Assembly (NCBI GenBank): GCA_963769425.1 | Contig: CAVYLP010000006.1 | Span: forward strand, 384,001 to 448,000 | Origin: Candidatus Bathyarchaeota archaeon | GTDB taxonomy: Archaea > Thermoproteota > Bathyarchaeia > TCS64 | Direction of reading: 5' to 3' | Length of the DNA: 64,000 nucleotides | In this document: positions 1 to 9,765 of the stretch, in pieces | Layout: every line of letters begins with the position of its first letter | Position numbering within the stretch: position 1 is the stretch's first letter | Made by a program: the position numbers and the translations under genes | Notes under the pieces: model-generated | Databases searched by the model: none | What the model was told of the DNA's origin: nothing | The model's input: the letters and a program-made list of their open reading frames with translations, nothing else

Positions 1-501
1 CCCGTCGCGCTGATACTCTACAACGGCGCCAAGCTCCTCGAGGCGGGCGGGCAGCTCTGGCTCGTACCCTTCCTCTACGTCATCGTCCAGCTCGTGGACG
101 CGCCCATGGCTCTGGTCTCGGGCTACATATACGACAAGATCGGGGTCAAGTTCCTCGTCGTCCCCTTCGCACTCTCAGTGCTGCCCCTAGTCTTCTCCTC
201 GCTCATCGGCCTGCCCGGCGTTATACTAGCCTGCATAGCCTACGGCCTCGTGCTCGGGATGCAGGAGTCCATTTACCGTGCTGCTGTGACCGACATGGTG
301 CCACTCGGGAGGAGGGGCTCCGCCTACGGCTTCTTCAACGTCGTCCTTGGCGTCGGGACATTCATCGGCGGGGCCGCCTTCGGCTACATGCTCGACAACT
401 CCATCTCATTCCTATTCATGCTCGGCTTCGTCATAGTAGCCCAAGCGGTGGCAGTAATACTACTCCTAAACGCTAAACACGAGAAACACACAGACAACTA
501 A
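1..501 (+). CDS. MFS transporter, C-terminal part (5' end outside window)
   Basis: Open frame from window start; hydrophobic helices, 'GYIYDKIG' loop motif and 'RRGSAYGFFN' typical of MFS C-halves. Confidence 0.8.
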   Translation, partial: PVALILYNGAKLLEAGGQLWLVPFLYVIVQLVDAPMALVSGYIYDKIGVKFLVVPFALSVLPLVFSSLIGLPGVILACIAYGLVLGMQESIYRAAVTDMVPLGRRGSAYGFFNVVLGVGTFIGGAAFGYMLDNSISFLFMLGFVIVAQAVAVILLLNAKHEKHTDN

Positions 502-519
502 TCCCAGGGATCACATTGG

Positions 520-691
520 AGTCGTACACGATAGCGCTGATCGGGTCGGGCGGGGTGTAGGGCCCCACAATGATCCCCGCGATGATGTAGCCCACGACGA
601 GTAGCTGGTTGAGACGGTAGAAGATGAACGAGACGACTGCCGCGAGGATCAGTATGATCGCGAGGTCCTATACGAGGAGAGCCTCGATCAT
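520..691 (-). pseudogene. Remnant of cation:proton antiporter (CPA2/KefB-like) N-terminus
   Basis: Manual translation from ATG 691: MIEALLV*DLAIILILAAVVSFIFYRLNQLLVVGYIIAGIIVGPYTP; internal TAG at 668-670; similarity lost after about 48 codons. Confidence 0.7.
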
Positions 692-759
692 GGTTTGGAC
701 TATCGCGGCATGTTATTTAAAATAGGCTAAAAAAGCTGAGCCGATACTAGCGGGGAGGT

Positions 760-2406
760 TTACTCCTCGTCGCCGCCGGGGGGCATGCCGGGGCCGTGGC
801 CGCCGGGGCCTCCTGGGCCGCCGCCGCTCTTCGCGGCGACCACGTCGTCGATCCTCAGGATCATGCTGGCGACCTCTATGCTGCTCTTGATCGCCTGCTG
901 CTTGACCACCATGGGCTCGACCACGCCCTCCTTGAGCATGTCGATGACGCCGCCCTCGAAGACGTTGACGCCCATCTTGGAGCCGTTCTTCTTCTCGTGG
1001 GCAGCCTTCATCGCCACCATCGTGTCGAGGAGGTCTAGGCCCGCGTTCTCCGCGAGCGTCCTAGGAATTACCTCGAGCGCGTCGGCGAATGCCTCGATGG
1101 CGAGCTGCTCCCGCCCGCCGACCTGGCGCGCGTATGCGCGAACCTCCTTCGATAGCTCCATCTCGATCGCGCCGCCGCCGGGCACCATCTTGGGCAACTC
1201 GGCCACGTCGCTCACAACGTAGAGCGCGTCGTTGAGGCTCCTCTCCGCCTCGTCGATCATCCTCTCCAACCCTGCGCGGATGAAGATGGCGACGCTCGCG
1301 GGGTTCTTGCACTCCTCGACGAAGATCATCTTGTCGTTTCCGACCTTCCTCTCCTCGACGAGACCGCAGACCCCGAGGTCCGCCTTCTTCAGGTCCTTGA
1401 GGTTGTTGACGATCTTGCCTCCGGTCGCCTTGGCGAGCTTCTCCATGTCGCTCTCCTTGAGGCGACGAGCCGCCATGATCCCCGCCTTGGCGAGGAAGTG
1501 CTGGGCGACGTCGTCGATCCCCTTCTGGCAGAGCAGCACGTTAGCGCCCGATGCCGCGACCTGATCAACCATCTTCTTCAGCATCTCGGTCTCCTGGTCC
1601 AGGAAGGCCTTGACGCCGTCTGGGGTTTTTATCCTGATTTCGGCGTCGATCTCGGTCTTCTCAATCTCCATCGCGGCGTTGAGGAGGGCGATCTTAGCGT
1701 TCTTGAGCTTCTTTGGCATCCCGTCGTGGACTACCTCCTTGTCGACGATTATGCCCTTGATGAGCGCGGTCTCCTTGAGGCTCTTACCCTCCTTCTTCAC
1801 GATCTGGACGTTTTCAACGTCGGCAATGACCACGCCGTCGCGCGTCTCGATGATCTGCTTGATCGCGTCTACGACAACTCCCGCTAGGTGGAGCCTGTCG
1901 CTGCTGACCGCCTTGCTCCTCATCGAGGTGCTGGCGAGCTTGATCAGGGTCTCCCTGTCCTCCATGTCGACAGGGATGGCGACCTTGGCGAGCACCTCTA
2001 GGGCCTTGTCTGCGGCCTTCTGGTACCCGCTTATGACGATGCTTGGGTGGATCTCCTGTTCGAGCAGCTCGTCCGCCTTTTTCAGCAGCTCGCCTGCGAA
2101 GATGACCGCGGTGGTTGTGCCGTCGCCGACCTCCTTGTCCTGGGTCTTGGCGACCTCGATTATCATCTTGGCTGCGGGGTGCTGTACGTCGATCTCCTCG
2201 AGTACCTTTGCGCCGTCGCTCGTGATGGTGATGTCGCCGAGGCTGTCGACGAGCATCTTGTCCATGCCGCGGGGGCCGAGGGTCGTCTTGAGCACCTCGG
2301 CTACTATCTGCCCCGCCATCATGTTGCTGCGGCGTGCGTCCCGTCCGCGGCTCCTCTTCGTGTCCTCCTTGAGGACTATGACCTGCTGATTACCTTGGTA
2401 TGCCAT
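760..2406 (-). CDS. thsB: Thermosome subunit (group II chaperonin), beta-like
   Basis: [19 protein letters not shown] motifs; 548 aa; alpha/beta label is tentative. Confidence 0.95.
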   Translation of the reverse strand: MAYQGNQQVIVLKEDTKRSRGRDARRSNMMAGQIVAEVLKTTLGPRGMDKMLVDSLGDITITSDGAKVLEEIDVQHPAAKMIIEVAKTQDKEVGDGTTTAVIFAGELLKKADELLEQEIHPSIVISGYQKAADKALEVLAKVAIPVDMEDRETLIKLASTSMRSKAVSSDRLHLAGVVVDAIKQIIETRDGVVIADVENVQIVKKEGKSLKETALIKGIIVDKEVVHDGMPKKLKNAKIALLNAAMEIEKTEIDAEIRIKTPDGVKAFLDQETEMLKKMVDQVAASGANVLLCQKGIDDVAQHFLAKAGIMAARRLKESDMEKLAKATGGKIVNNLKDLKKADLGVCGLVEERKVGNDKMIFVEECKNPASVAIFIRAGLERMIDEAERSLNDALYVVSDVAELPKMVPGGGAIEMELSKEVRAYARQVGGREQLAIEAFADALEVIPRTLAENAGLDLLDTMVAMKAAHEKKNGSKMGVNVFEGGVIDMLKEGVVEPMVVKQQAIKSSIEVASMILRIDDVVAAKSGGGPGGPGGHGPGMPPGGDEE

Positions 2407-2416
2407 CTTGTTTCAC

Positions 2417-4087
2417 CTACATCATGGGGGGCATGCCACCCATGCCTCCCATACCGCCCATTCCACCACCCATGCCCTCTGCGCCAGGTGGCGGGCCCTT
2501 GCTCTTCGTGGACGCGATCACGTCGTCTATCTTGAGGAGCAGCGTTGCCGCCTCGGTGGCGGACTTTATAGCCTGCGCCTTGACGACCATAGGCTCGATG
2601 ACCTCGAGCTTCTCCATGTCCGCTATCTTACTCTCGAGTGCCTCGACTCCGGCCCACTTCTCGCCCTTGGCGTGGCGACTCTGGAGCTCTGCCATGGCGT
2701 CGATGGGGTCCATGCCAGCGTTCTCTGCCAGGGTCGTGGGGATGACCTCGATGGCGTCCGCGAATGCGGCTACCGCGAGTCTTTCCCTGCCCTTGAGCTT
2801 CTCGGCGTATGCCCTGAGCTTCCTAGCGATCTCGATGTCGACGGCGCCTCCGCCGGCGACTATCTTGGGCTCCTCAACGACATCCTTGACTACGCAGAGG
2901 GCATCATGCATGCTCCTCTCTGCCTCGTCTACGATCCTCTCAGTGCCGCCGCGTATGAGTATGCTCACGGCCTTCGGGTTCTTACAGCCCTCGACGAAGA
3001 TGAGCTTGTCCGAGCCGATCTTCTTCTCCTCGACGGAGTCGGCGTAGCCGGCATCTGATGCGGAGAGTTCGTCGACGCTGCTGACGACCTTGGCGCCCGT
3101 CGCCTTGGCGAGGGCCTCCATGTCGCTCTTCTTGAGCCTGCGAGCGGCCATTATGCCCTCGCGTGCGAGGAAGTGTTGCACCATGTCGTCGATGCCCTTC
3201 TGACAGAGGAGCACGTTGATACCCGCGCCCTTCACCTTGGCGACCATGTCGCGGAGCATCTTCTCCTCCTCGTCGAGGTATGCCTGCATCTCGTCGGGGG
3301 ACTCAATGCTGATCTTGCTGGTGAACTCGGTCTTCTCGATCTCCATCGCGGCGTCGAGGAGGCCGATCTTCGCCTTGTGGACGTGCCTAGGCATGTCGCT
3401 GTGGGCGACCTCCTTGTCGATGACGAGGCCCTTTATCATGGCGGTGTCCGTCATGGAGCCGCCGGGCTTCTTCTCGACCTTGATCATGTCGAGGTCGACC
3501 TTCCAGCCACCGTTCGACTCCTCGGCGACTTGGAGGACCGCGTCGACCGCGACCTCGGATAGATAGCCACTGTGGCTGCTGACGAGCTTCGTCGACATCG
3601 TGGTCTTGGCGACCCGCTTCAAGGTCTCCCTGTCCTTGGGCTTGACCTTTATGGCGATCTCTTCGAGGATCTTCAGAGCCTGCTCCTGGGCGTCCCTGTA
3701 GCCGTCGATGATGACAGTCGGGTGGACCTTCTTCTCCATAAGGTCCGACGCCTTGCCGAGGAGCTCGCCCGCGAGCACGACAACGGTCGTTGTGCCGTCG
3801 CCCACCTCGGTGTCCTGTGTCTTCGAGACCTCAACCATCATCTTGGCAGCGGGATGCTGGATGTCCATCTCCTTCAGCATAGTCGCGCCATCGTTCGTGA
3901 TGGTGACGTCGCCGAAGCTGTCGACGAGCATCTTATCCATTCCCTTGGGGCCGAGGCTCGTCTTAACGGCCTCAGCTACGATCCTCGCGGCCATGATGTT
4001 GTTGCCGCGAGCGTCGTTGCCCGTGTTCCTCTCGGTTCCTTCCTTGAGGATGTATATGGGCTGATTTCCTCCACCTTGTGCACTCAT
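2417..4087 (-). CDS. thsA: Thermosome subunit (group II chaperonin), alpha-like
   Basis: [25 protein letters not shown]-rich tail; 556 aa. Confidence 0.95.
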   Translation of the reverse strand: MSAQGGGNQPIYILKEGTERNTGNDARGNNIMAARIVAEAVKTSLGPKGMDKMLVDSFGDVTITNDGATMLKEMDIQHPAAKMMVEVSKTQDTEVGDGTTTVVVLAGELLGKASDLMEKKVHPTVIIDGYRDAQEQALKILEEIAIKVKPKDRETLKRVAKTTMSTKLVSSHSGYLSEVAVDAVLQVAEESNGGWKVDLDMIKVEKKPGGSMTDTAMIKGLVIDKEVAHSDMPRHVHKAKIGLLDAAMEIEKTEFTSKISIESPDEMQAYLDEEEKMLRDMVAKVKGAGINVLLCQKGIDDMVQHFLAREGIMAARRLKKSDMEALAKATGAKVVSSVDELSASDAGYADSVEEKKIGSDKLIFVEGCKNPKAVSILIRGGTERIVDEAERSMHDALCVVKDVVEEPKIVAGGGAVDIEIARKLRAYAEKLKGRERLAVAAFADAIEVIPTTLAENAGMDPIDAMAELQSRHAKGEKWAGVEALESKIADMEKLEVIEPMVVKAQAIKSATEAATLLLKIDDVIASTKSKGPPPGAEGMGGGMGGMGGMGGMPPMM

Positions 4088-4174
4088 TCAATCATCTCAT
4101 TGATATTAAGCGACACCCCGATGGCGGGAGTATCCACGAAAACGAAGCATATAGTTGATTCAATATTCACCATC

Positions 4175-4213
4175 GGTGTACCACTTCTGGTTGTAAACCG
4201 ACAGTTGTATACC
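4175..4213. promoter_or_regulatory. Putative operator GGTT-N3-AACC in tandem (14-bp period) in the thermosome promoter
   Basis: GGTTGTAAACC 4189-4199, AGTTGTATACC 4203-4213, weaker copy 4175-4185; just downstream of a TATA-like run on the minus strand at about 4220-4228. Confidence 0.6.
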
Positions 4214-4250
4214 TGCTACAATAAAAAACCTTTCGATAGCCTAGAGTAGG

Positions 4251-4964
4251 TCACGTGTTCAGGCTTATAACATTCTCGTCCCGGATGACGAGGCCCTCCT
4301 TCTCAAGCTCAGAAACCACATCACGTACGTCGGCCTCCTTCAGCTGGAAGGTCTTGCTCAGCGCCTCGACGCTGGTGGGGCCTAAGTCTAGAAGGCGCTG
4401 AATGATCTGCTGTTTTATCCGGTCCAGCTCCTCCACAGCTCCTTGGGCGGCCCCGAGTGCCAGGTTGCGTATGTAGAGTAGCCTTGCGCGCCTCTTCTCG
4501 AGACCCTCAAGCTCGTCGTCTATCAACTCGACTATCTGGCGGAGAGGGGACACGTCCTCGACGTCGAGCTTTTCCTCCTCAATGTCCTTCACCTGCTCCT
4601 CCAGCCTCTCCATGTAGTTGTCCTCCTGTATCCACTGGTGGGGGTTGTTGAAGCTGATGAGCCTCTCGTTGTAGAGGCTCGGACTGAAGTCGATTTGTAG
4701 GCTGTAGAACTTGTTTAGGTGGAAGACGTTCTTGTCGGCGCCTAGGGTGCTCTTCTGGCGGACCACGTCGACTAGCTCCGCGTCCTGTATCACCTTGAGG
4801 TGCTTCGCGGCGAGCTGCTGGTTGATGTTCAGCTCGTTGCTGAGGCGGAGGGTGTAGTCGGGGCCCTCGCTGAGCTTCTTTATGATGTTCCGTCGAACAG
4901 GGTTGCCCAGTACCCCTACTACCTTCTCGAAGTCCTTCCGCTGAGCCCGCTTCTTGTTCGACAC
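4251..4964 (-). CDS. ArsR-family wHTH regulator with coiled coil, similar to archaeal heat-shock regulators (Phr/HSR1 type)
   Basis: 'VLGNPVRRNIIKKLSEGPDYTLRLSNELNINQQLAAKHLKV' HTH, coiled coil, second C-terminal HTH; probable GTG start at 4964. Confidence 0.8.
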   Translation of the reverse strand: MSNKKRAQRKDFEKVVGVLGNPVRRNIIKKLSEGPDYTLRLSNELNINQQLAAKHLKVIQDAELVDVVRQKSTLGADKNVFHLNKFYSLQIDFSPSLYNERLISFNNPHQWIQEDNYMERLEEQVKDIEEEKLDVEDVSPLRQIVELIDDELEGLEKRRARLLYIRNLALGAAQGAVEELDRIKQQIIQRLLDLGPTSVEALSKTFQLKEADVRDVVSELEKEGLVIRDENVISLNT

Positions 4965-4965
4965 T

Positions 4966-4990
4966 GGATGTAAACCAAAGGTTGTAAACC
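4966..4990. promoter_or_regulatory. Putative autoregulatory operator (two GGTT-N3-AACC copies)
   Basis: GGATGTAAACC 4966-4976 and GGTTGTAAACC 4980-4990, between a TATA-like box (about 5003-5010) and the start codon. Confidence 0.6.
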
Positions 4991-5170
4991 GGTTTGGGGC
5001 ACTTAAATATTGTGTGGGAGACTCGAAAACCTTTTTCCGACCACCTACGGAGAGGTTGGCCGTTGGCATCCTAGTCGTCTACTACAGAAGCATGGCTCGA
5101 CTGCCAAGATAGCGACCATGATGATCAAGGCGACAGAGGCCACGGGTCGGGAGCTTATCTCCAGGCTCCA

Positions 5171-6032
5171 CTAGCCGAATATCGACTTCCACCGGTAGGT
5201 CAGGCAGCCGCACTCGTCGGATTCGGGGTCGGTCTCCGCGACTGTGTCGAGGAGTGCCTGCCCCGTCGGCTTCGCCCACATCTGCCTGGAAGTCGCTGAA
5301 GGCCATCTTACCCTCCCACGTCGTGGAGACGCAGCCCTCGCCGTAGTTGGAGACGACCTCGACGCATGCGTAGCAGGCGCCGATCTCGCGGGCGAAGTAT
5401 ATCTCCGGGACGAGGTTCATGGTGACGATGTCGATCCCCGCGTTCGTGTACCTTATCCGCACCTCGTCTGGGGACTCGAGGTGGGGGCCCTCGGCGACGC
5501 CGACGACGCCGCGTTGGAAGACGCGGGGGAACCCCGCCTTCTTCACGTTCATGTAGAGGTTCCTGCTCAGCTCGGGGCAGAAGGCCTGGTGGAGGCGGTA
5601 GCTAGTCCTCTCAACCTCGATGCCCTTCGCCTCGAGGCTCCTGTAGAACGCCTGACATCTCTTCGTCGTGTAGTCGACGAACCCGTCGGGGATGACAGCG
5701 TCAGCTGGGTCGAGCAGCCTGCTGGAGGAGCCGCAGAGGGCGGTGCCGAGTATCTTCTTGACCCCAGCCTTCCAGAGGACGTAGAAGACGCGCTCACCCG
5801 CGCTGTTTGGCTCCGTATTCTTTATGGAGTTGGTTATGCCGTGAAAGGGGACGCTGAGAAACTCGCGCCCGTTGATCCTCGCGTGTGTAAAGGGGGCTGA
5901 AGGCCCAAAGGGGGTGTCGTAGACGACATCCTTCGTGACGACCTCGACGCCTCTGAAGTCCTCGGGGAACTTCGCGTTCATGTTCGCGGAGCCGCCGATT
6001 ACGGCGATCCTGACCTTGGGAATCTCGCTCAT
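5171..6032 (-). CDS. MTAP-family purine nucleoside phosphorylase (frameshift near 5285)
   Basis: 'IAVIGGS', 'YDTPFG', 'EGPHLES', 'MNLVPEIYFAREIGACYA', 'VSNYG'; alternative frame supplies C-terminus ...DECGCLTYRWKSIFG* ending 5171. Confidence 0.8.
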
Positions 6033-6366
6033 GAAGCCTATTCACCCGCGAGAGCGATTAAAGATTGCCCGCGCGCGGGAAAAGCAAGTACCCCGTAATT
6101 CCTTTAGGAATATTCATCCGAAATGGTTAAATGTGAGACTATAAGGCTCGATCTACTCCTAAAACCCCAAAACCTACCCATTTTTGATTACCGTCAATAC
6201 TAGTAAATGCTTGACCATCTCCTAATTATCGCCGCACTATTGTATGTATGGAGATAAGTATTATATACTAGGTGCTGACTGATGCCATACTCTATGGGTC
6301 GCGGAACCCGATTCCGATGATAATCGGAATATTCCGCAGAAGCAAGCTAGGAAAAGGGAAAAAACA

Positions 6367-7290
6367 ATGATAGTCAAAACCGAGCAGAACCAGAGCGACG
6401 TTTGCCCAGAGTGCGGGTCAAAGAATGTTATCATCGACAACGATACCGGCGAGAAGATCTGCGGAGGGTGCGGCCTAGTCATGGCGGACAACATGATGAG
6501 CGACGGCCCTGAGTGGAGAGCCTTCAGCCAGGACGAACGTGAGAGCCGGAGCCGCGTTGGAATGCCTCTGAGCTTCAGCGTGCACGACAAGGGCCTCAGC
6601 ACCATGATCGGGCAGGTCGGCAAGGACGCGTTTGGGCGAACCATCCCCAGCAAGACCATGTTCCAGATGCTCCGCCTCAAGAAATGGCACATAAGGAGTA
6701 GCTACCAGAGCAGCGTCGACCGCAACCTCAGCCACGCCATGACCGAGCTCAGCAGGCTCTGCGACAAGCTACACATCCCAAAGCAGGTCAAGGAGCGCGC
6801 CGCCGTCATCTACAGGAAGGCACTCGAGAAGGGCCTCGTCAGGGGCCGCAGCATCTCAGCCATCGCCGCCGCCAGCCTCTACGCCGCATGCCGCGCCACC
6901 GGCACACCCAGGACCCTACGCGAGCTCGCTAAGGTCTCAACCATCGACAAGAAGGACCTGGCCCGATGTTACAGGCTACTGCTCAGGGAGCTGACCATCC
7001 AGATGCCGATCCCGAAGGCCCAATACAGGGTTCCCAAGATCGCAGCGAAGGTCAACATCGGGGAGAGGACGCAGCAGACAGCCGTCAACCTCCTCGAGCA
7101 GGCGGAGAAGAAGCGCACCACAGCCGGCAAGGACCCTATGGGCCTCGCGGCCGCGGCACTCTACATCGCATGCGTGATGAACGAGGAGAAGCGGACACAG
7201 AAGATGATCGCGGACGCCGCGGGCGTGACCGAGGTCACCATCAGGAACCGCTACAAGGGCCTCAAGGAAGCCCTGAAGCTTGACATCTAA
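6367..7290 (+). CDS. tfb: Transcription initiation factor IIB
   Basis: CPECGS...CGGCG Zn ribbon, GPEWRAF B-reader, two cyclin repeats, 'GVTEVTIRNRYK'. Confidence 0.97.
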   Translation: MIVKTEQNQSDVCPECGSKNVIIDNDTGEKICGGCGLVMADNMMSDGPEWRAFSQDERESRSRVGMPLSFSVHDKGLSTMIGQVGKDAFGRTIPSKTMFQMLRLKKWHIRSSYQSSVDRNLSHAMTELSRLCDKLHIPKQVKERAAVIYRKALEKGLVRGRSISAIAAASLYAACRATGTPRTLRELAKVSTIDKKDLARCYRLLLRELTIQMPIPKAQYRVPKIAAKVNIGERTQQTAVNLLEQAEKKRTTAGKDPMGLAAAALYIACVMNEEKRTQKMIADAAGVTEVTIRNRYKGLKEALKLDI

Positions 7291-7312
7291 AACCGAATTT
7301 TTCGGGCAGTTT

Positions 7313-8533
7313 TTAACTCGTAGCTAGGAAGGAGGCTACCTGCGCCTGAGTCCCTTGAGTGACCCTCGTGTAGCTCCCGTCAGTCAAGTTGATCCTGTAG
7401 AGTCTGATCTGGGTTATCGAGCCGGTCTGTGAGGCCCAGTGGTCGTTATAGTTCTGAAGCTCGGCGGCCGCTGCGTTTTGGGTTATCGACGAATCAGTTG
7501 TGGTCAGGTAGTTACCGGCTGGGTCGAGGATGGTGAGCTTCCCACCCGTGACCGGCATGAAGACCGCTACGTGGGAAGAACCGTCGGAGAAGTCCAGCTC
7601 CGTGAGGTAGAGGTTATAGTCGGTGCCCACGATGTACTTGTTATAATACCGCAGCATGGCGAACTCGAGCGCGGCCTGGTCGTCGCAGTCCCCCTGCTTG
7701 TACTGGAGGGTGAAGTCGGGCCGCTGCACGTAGTTGTCCATCGTCGCCACTTTGAAATTTGTCAGGTACCTGACCCCGTTGACATCCTGGTACGAGTAGT
7801 AGCCAATGTAGGGGAACTCGATGTCATAGACGTACTTGACGTTGGCCGTGATGTATTCGTATATCCTCTGGTAGTTGGCCCAGTCGTTCGTCGATGAGCC
7901 TATAATGCTCCTGACAGTCGTCTCCATCTTCAGCACCTCGGCGGTTGTCAGGGTGTTCTTGAAGCTGTTTACCTCGTTGCAGTAGGCCCAGAGTGTAGAG
8001 TTTAGGCTCCGGACGGCGAGGGACAGCGTCTTGAAGTTGTTCAGTATCTGCGTGTCGCCGGGCGTCCCGTAGACGTTGTTGCTCACCATCGTTGAGAGGT
8101 CGTCGTAGTCTTTCTTGAGTTTGTTATAGTCGGCGGAGAGGGAGGCGAGACCCGTGTCAACGCCACTCTTGAGAGTGTCGTACTGGGAACTAAGGGCAGC
8201 GTAGTTTCCCTGTAGGGTGGTGTGCGTTGTCTGGAGTGTGCTGTAGCTCGACTGGAGTGTGGCGTAGCTCGCCTGCAGGGAGTCGTACTGTGATTGGAGG
8301 AAGGCTTTGCTCGCCTCCAGCGACGCCTTGTCCTGCGAGAGGCCCTGGTTGCTCGTGTTAAGCGACGTAACTTGTTGTTGGGATGTGGCTAGTTGTCCTT
8401 CGAGCGAATTGATATGCGGCGTGTACATACTCAATGCGAGGAAGTAGCTACCGCCGCTCCCGAAGAGCAGCATTGCGACCAATGCGATTGGAACCCATTT
8501 GTCCATGGAGAAGCTGGAGGCTCTTCCACTCAT
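7313..8533 (-). CDS. Membrane-anchored coiled-coil protein with transglutaminase-like (Cys-His-Asp) domain
   Basis: N-terminal TM helix, LQxxYxx heptads, 'GDCDDQA', 'SHVAV', 'ILDP'. Confidence 0.75.
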   Translation of the reverse strand: MSGRASSFSMDKWVPIALVAMLLFGSGGSYFLALSMYTPHINSLEGQLATSQQQVTSLNTSNQGLSQDKASLEASKAFLQSQYDSLQASYATLQSSYSTLQTTHTTLQGNYAALSSQYDTLKSGVDTGLASLSADYNKLKKDYDDLSTMVSNNVYGTPGDTQILNNFKTLSLAVRSLNSTLWAYCNEVNSFKNTLTTAEVLKMETTVRSIIGSSTNDWANYQRIYEYITANVKYVYDIEFPYIGYYSYQDVNGVRYLTNFKVATMDNYVQRPDFTLQYKQGDCDDQAALEFAMLRYYNKYIVGTDYNLYLTELDFSDGSSHVAVFMPVTGGKLTILDPAGNYLTTTDSSITQNAAAAELQNYNDHWASQTGSITQIRLYRINLTDGSYTRVTQGTQAQVASFLATS

Positions 8534-8639
8534 ATTGTTTTTGAGGGGGTCCCGAAGTGGGTACGCCTATGGGCTTGATTTTCGGTGGTCTTGTCGTCAA
8601 GTCTTTATTCTGAACGCATCGGTTTACCCTTGATAGTGC

Positions 8640-9659
8640 ATGGGTGAACCGGTGACCTATCTTACTGAGGAGTCCTATCGTCCCGATTGGCTGAAGGACG
8701 GCGTGACCGAGGCAAGCCTGAAGGCTGTCCTAGGCGCCAAGGTCGAGATCCAGCGCCTGGGGAGGGAGCTGGCGAAAGCTGAGAGGTTTTACCTCGTCGG
8801 CAGCGGGGGGAGCTACAGCGTCCAGTTCCCCGTCAGGTACCTGGCGGAGAAATACACGGACATCCCCGTGCTCCAGTACAGCGGCTGGGAGTTCCTAGAG
8901 CGTATGCCGTGGGCTGCGAATGAGGGCTCGGCCTGCGTCTTTATCTCGCAGAGCGGGAAGACGAAGGAGGTCGTTCGGGCGCAGGAGTGGGCGAAGAAGA
9001 ACGGAGCCTTCACGATGGGGCTGAGCCAGAAGCAGGACTCCGTCATCAACAAGGCAGGAGACATCGGCTTCGGAACCGAGGCTAGGGGCGTCACCATGGG
9101 AAAGCTCACGACCCTCTACCTGCTCTTCGGCACGGTGCTGAAAGAGAAGGGCTTCGAGGTCGGTGGCAGGATGATCAAGGCGGCGGAGTCGCTGCCCACG
9201 GTGCTGCTGCCCATGATCCCGAAGGCGAGGGAATTCGCGAAGAAGACTGCCATCAAGTTCAAGGACGATCAGCAGATGTTCGTCCTCGGCGGCGGCATCA
9301 ACTGGGGCCTCGCCTACCAGTACGCCATCTGCACACTCCAGGAGATGTGCTGGATGCACGCTACGCCCATCAACTACTCGGAGTTCCGCCACGGTCCCGT
9401 GGAGATGTTTACCCCGGGGGCGCCCGCGATCTTCCTACGCAGCAGGGGGAACGAGGGGGAGCTGGAGAAGGCTGTGGTCAACTGGTGCACCCAGAACGGG
9501 GTCAGGGGCATAGTCCTCGACAGCCAGGGCGGCGAGGTGGACAACCTTCTCACCCCCTTCACCCTCTTCGTCGAGCTCGAGTGGCTGAGTTACTACCTGA
9601 GCCTCGCGAAGAACAGGGACATGGCACAGTGGCGCTACTACGACAAGGTCGAGTGGTAG
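8640..9659 (+). CDS. frlB: SIS-domain fructosamine-6-phosphate deglycase (FrlB-like)
   Basis: GSGGS, ISQSGKTKE, 'LQEMCW', 'EFRHGPVE', C-terminal 'RYYDKVEW'. Confidence 0.75.
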   Translation: MGEPVTYLTEESYRPDWLKDGVTEASLKAVLGAKVEIQRLGRELAKAERFYLVGSGGSYSVQFPVRYLAEKYTDIPVLQYSGWEFLERMPWAANEGSACVFISQSGKTKEVVRAQEWAKKNGAFTMGLSQKQDSVINKAGDIGFGTEARGVTMGKLTTLYLLFGTVLKEKGFEVGGRMIKAAESLPTVLLPMIPKAREFAKKTAIKFKDDQQMFVLGGGINWGLAYQYAICTLQEMCWMHATPINYSEFRHGPVEMFTPGAPAIFLRSRGNEGELEKAVVNWCTQNGVRGIVLDSQGGEVDNLLTPFTLFVELEWLSYYLSLAKNRDMAQWRYYDKVEW

Positions 9660-9765
9660 CCAGCTTACGCCACCTTAGATAAAAAGAAAAATTTTTTTGC
9701 ATTCTTCCTCTGAGGGCTGAATTTCTTAAGGGCCGAGGCGCTCCATTATCAGGGGGGCGAGGTGG

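Noticed and set aside
668-670. In-frame TAG in the antiporter-like fragment as possible pyrrolysine recoding
   Set aside because: The gene is truncated after about 48 codons anyway, a CAG-to-TAG change is simpler, many genes here use TAG as a normal stop, and no pyl genes are visible
785-4249. Long antisense and alternate-frame ORFs over the thermosome genes (and likewise over AOR genes and at 63266..63910)
   Set aside because: Shadow ORFs expected from high GC3 codon bias; no recognisable motifs
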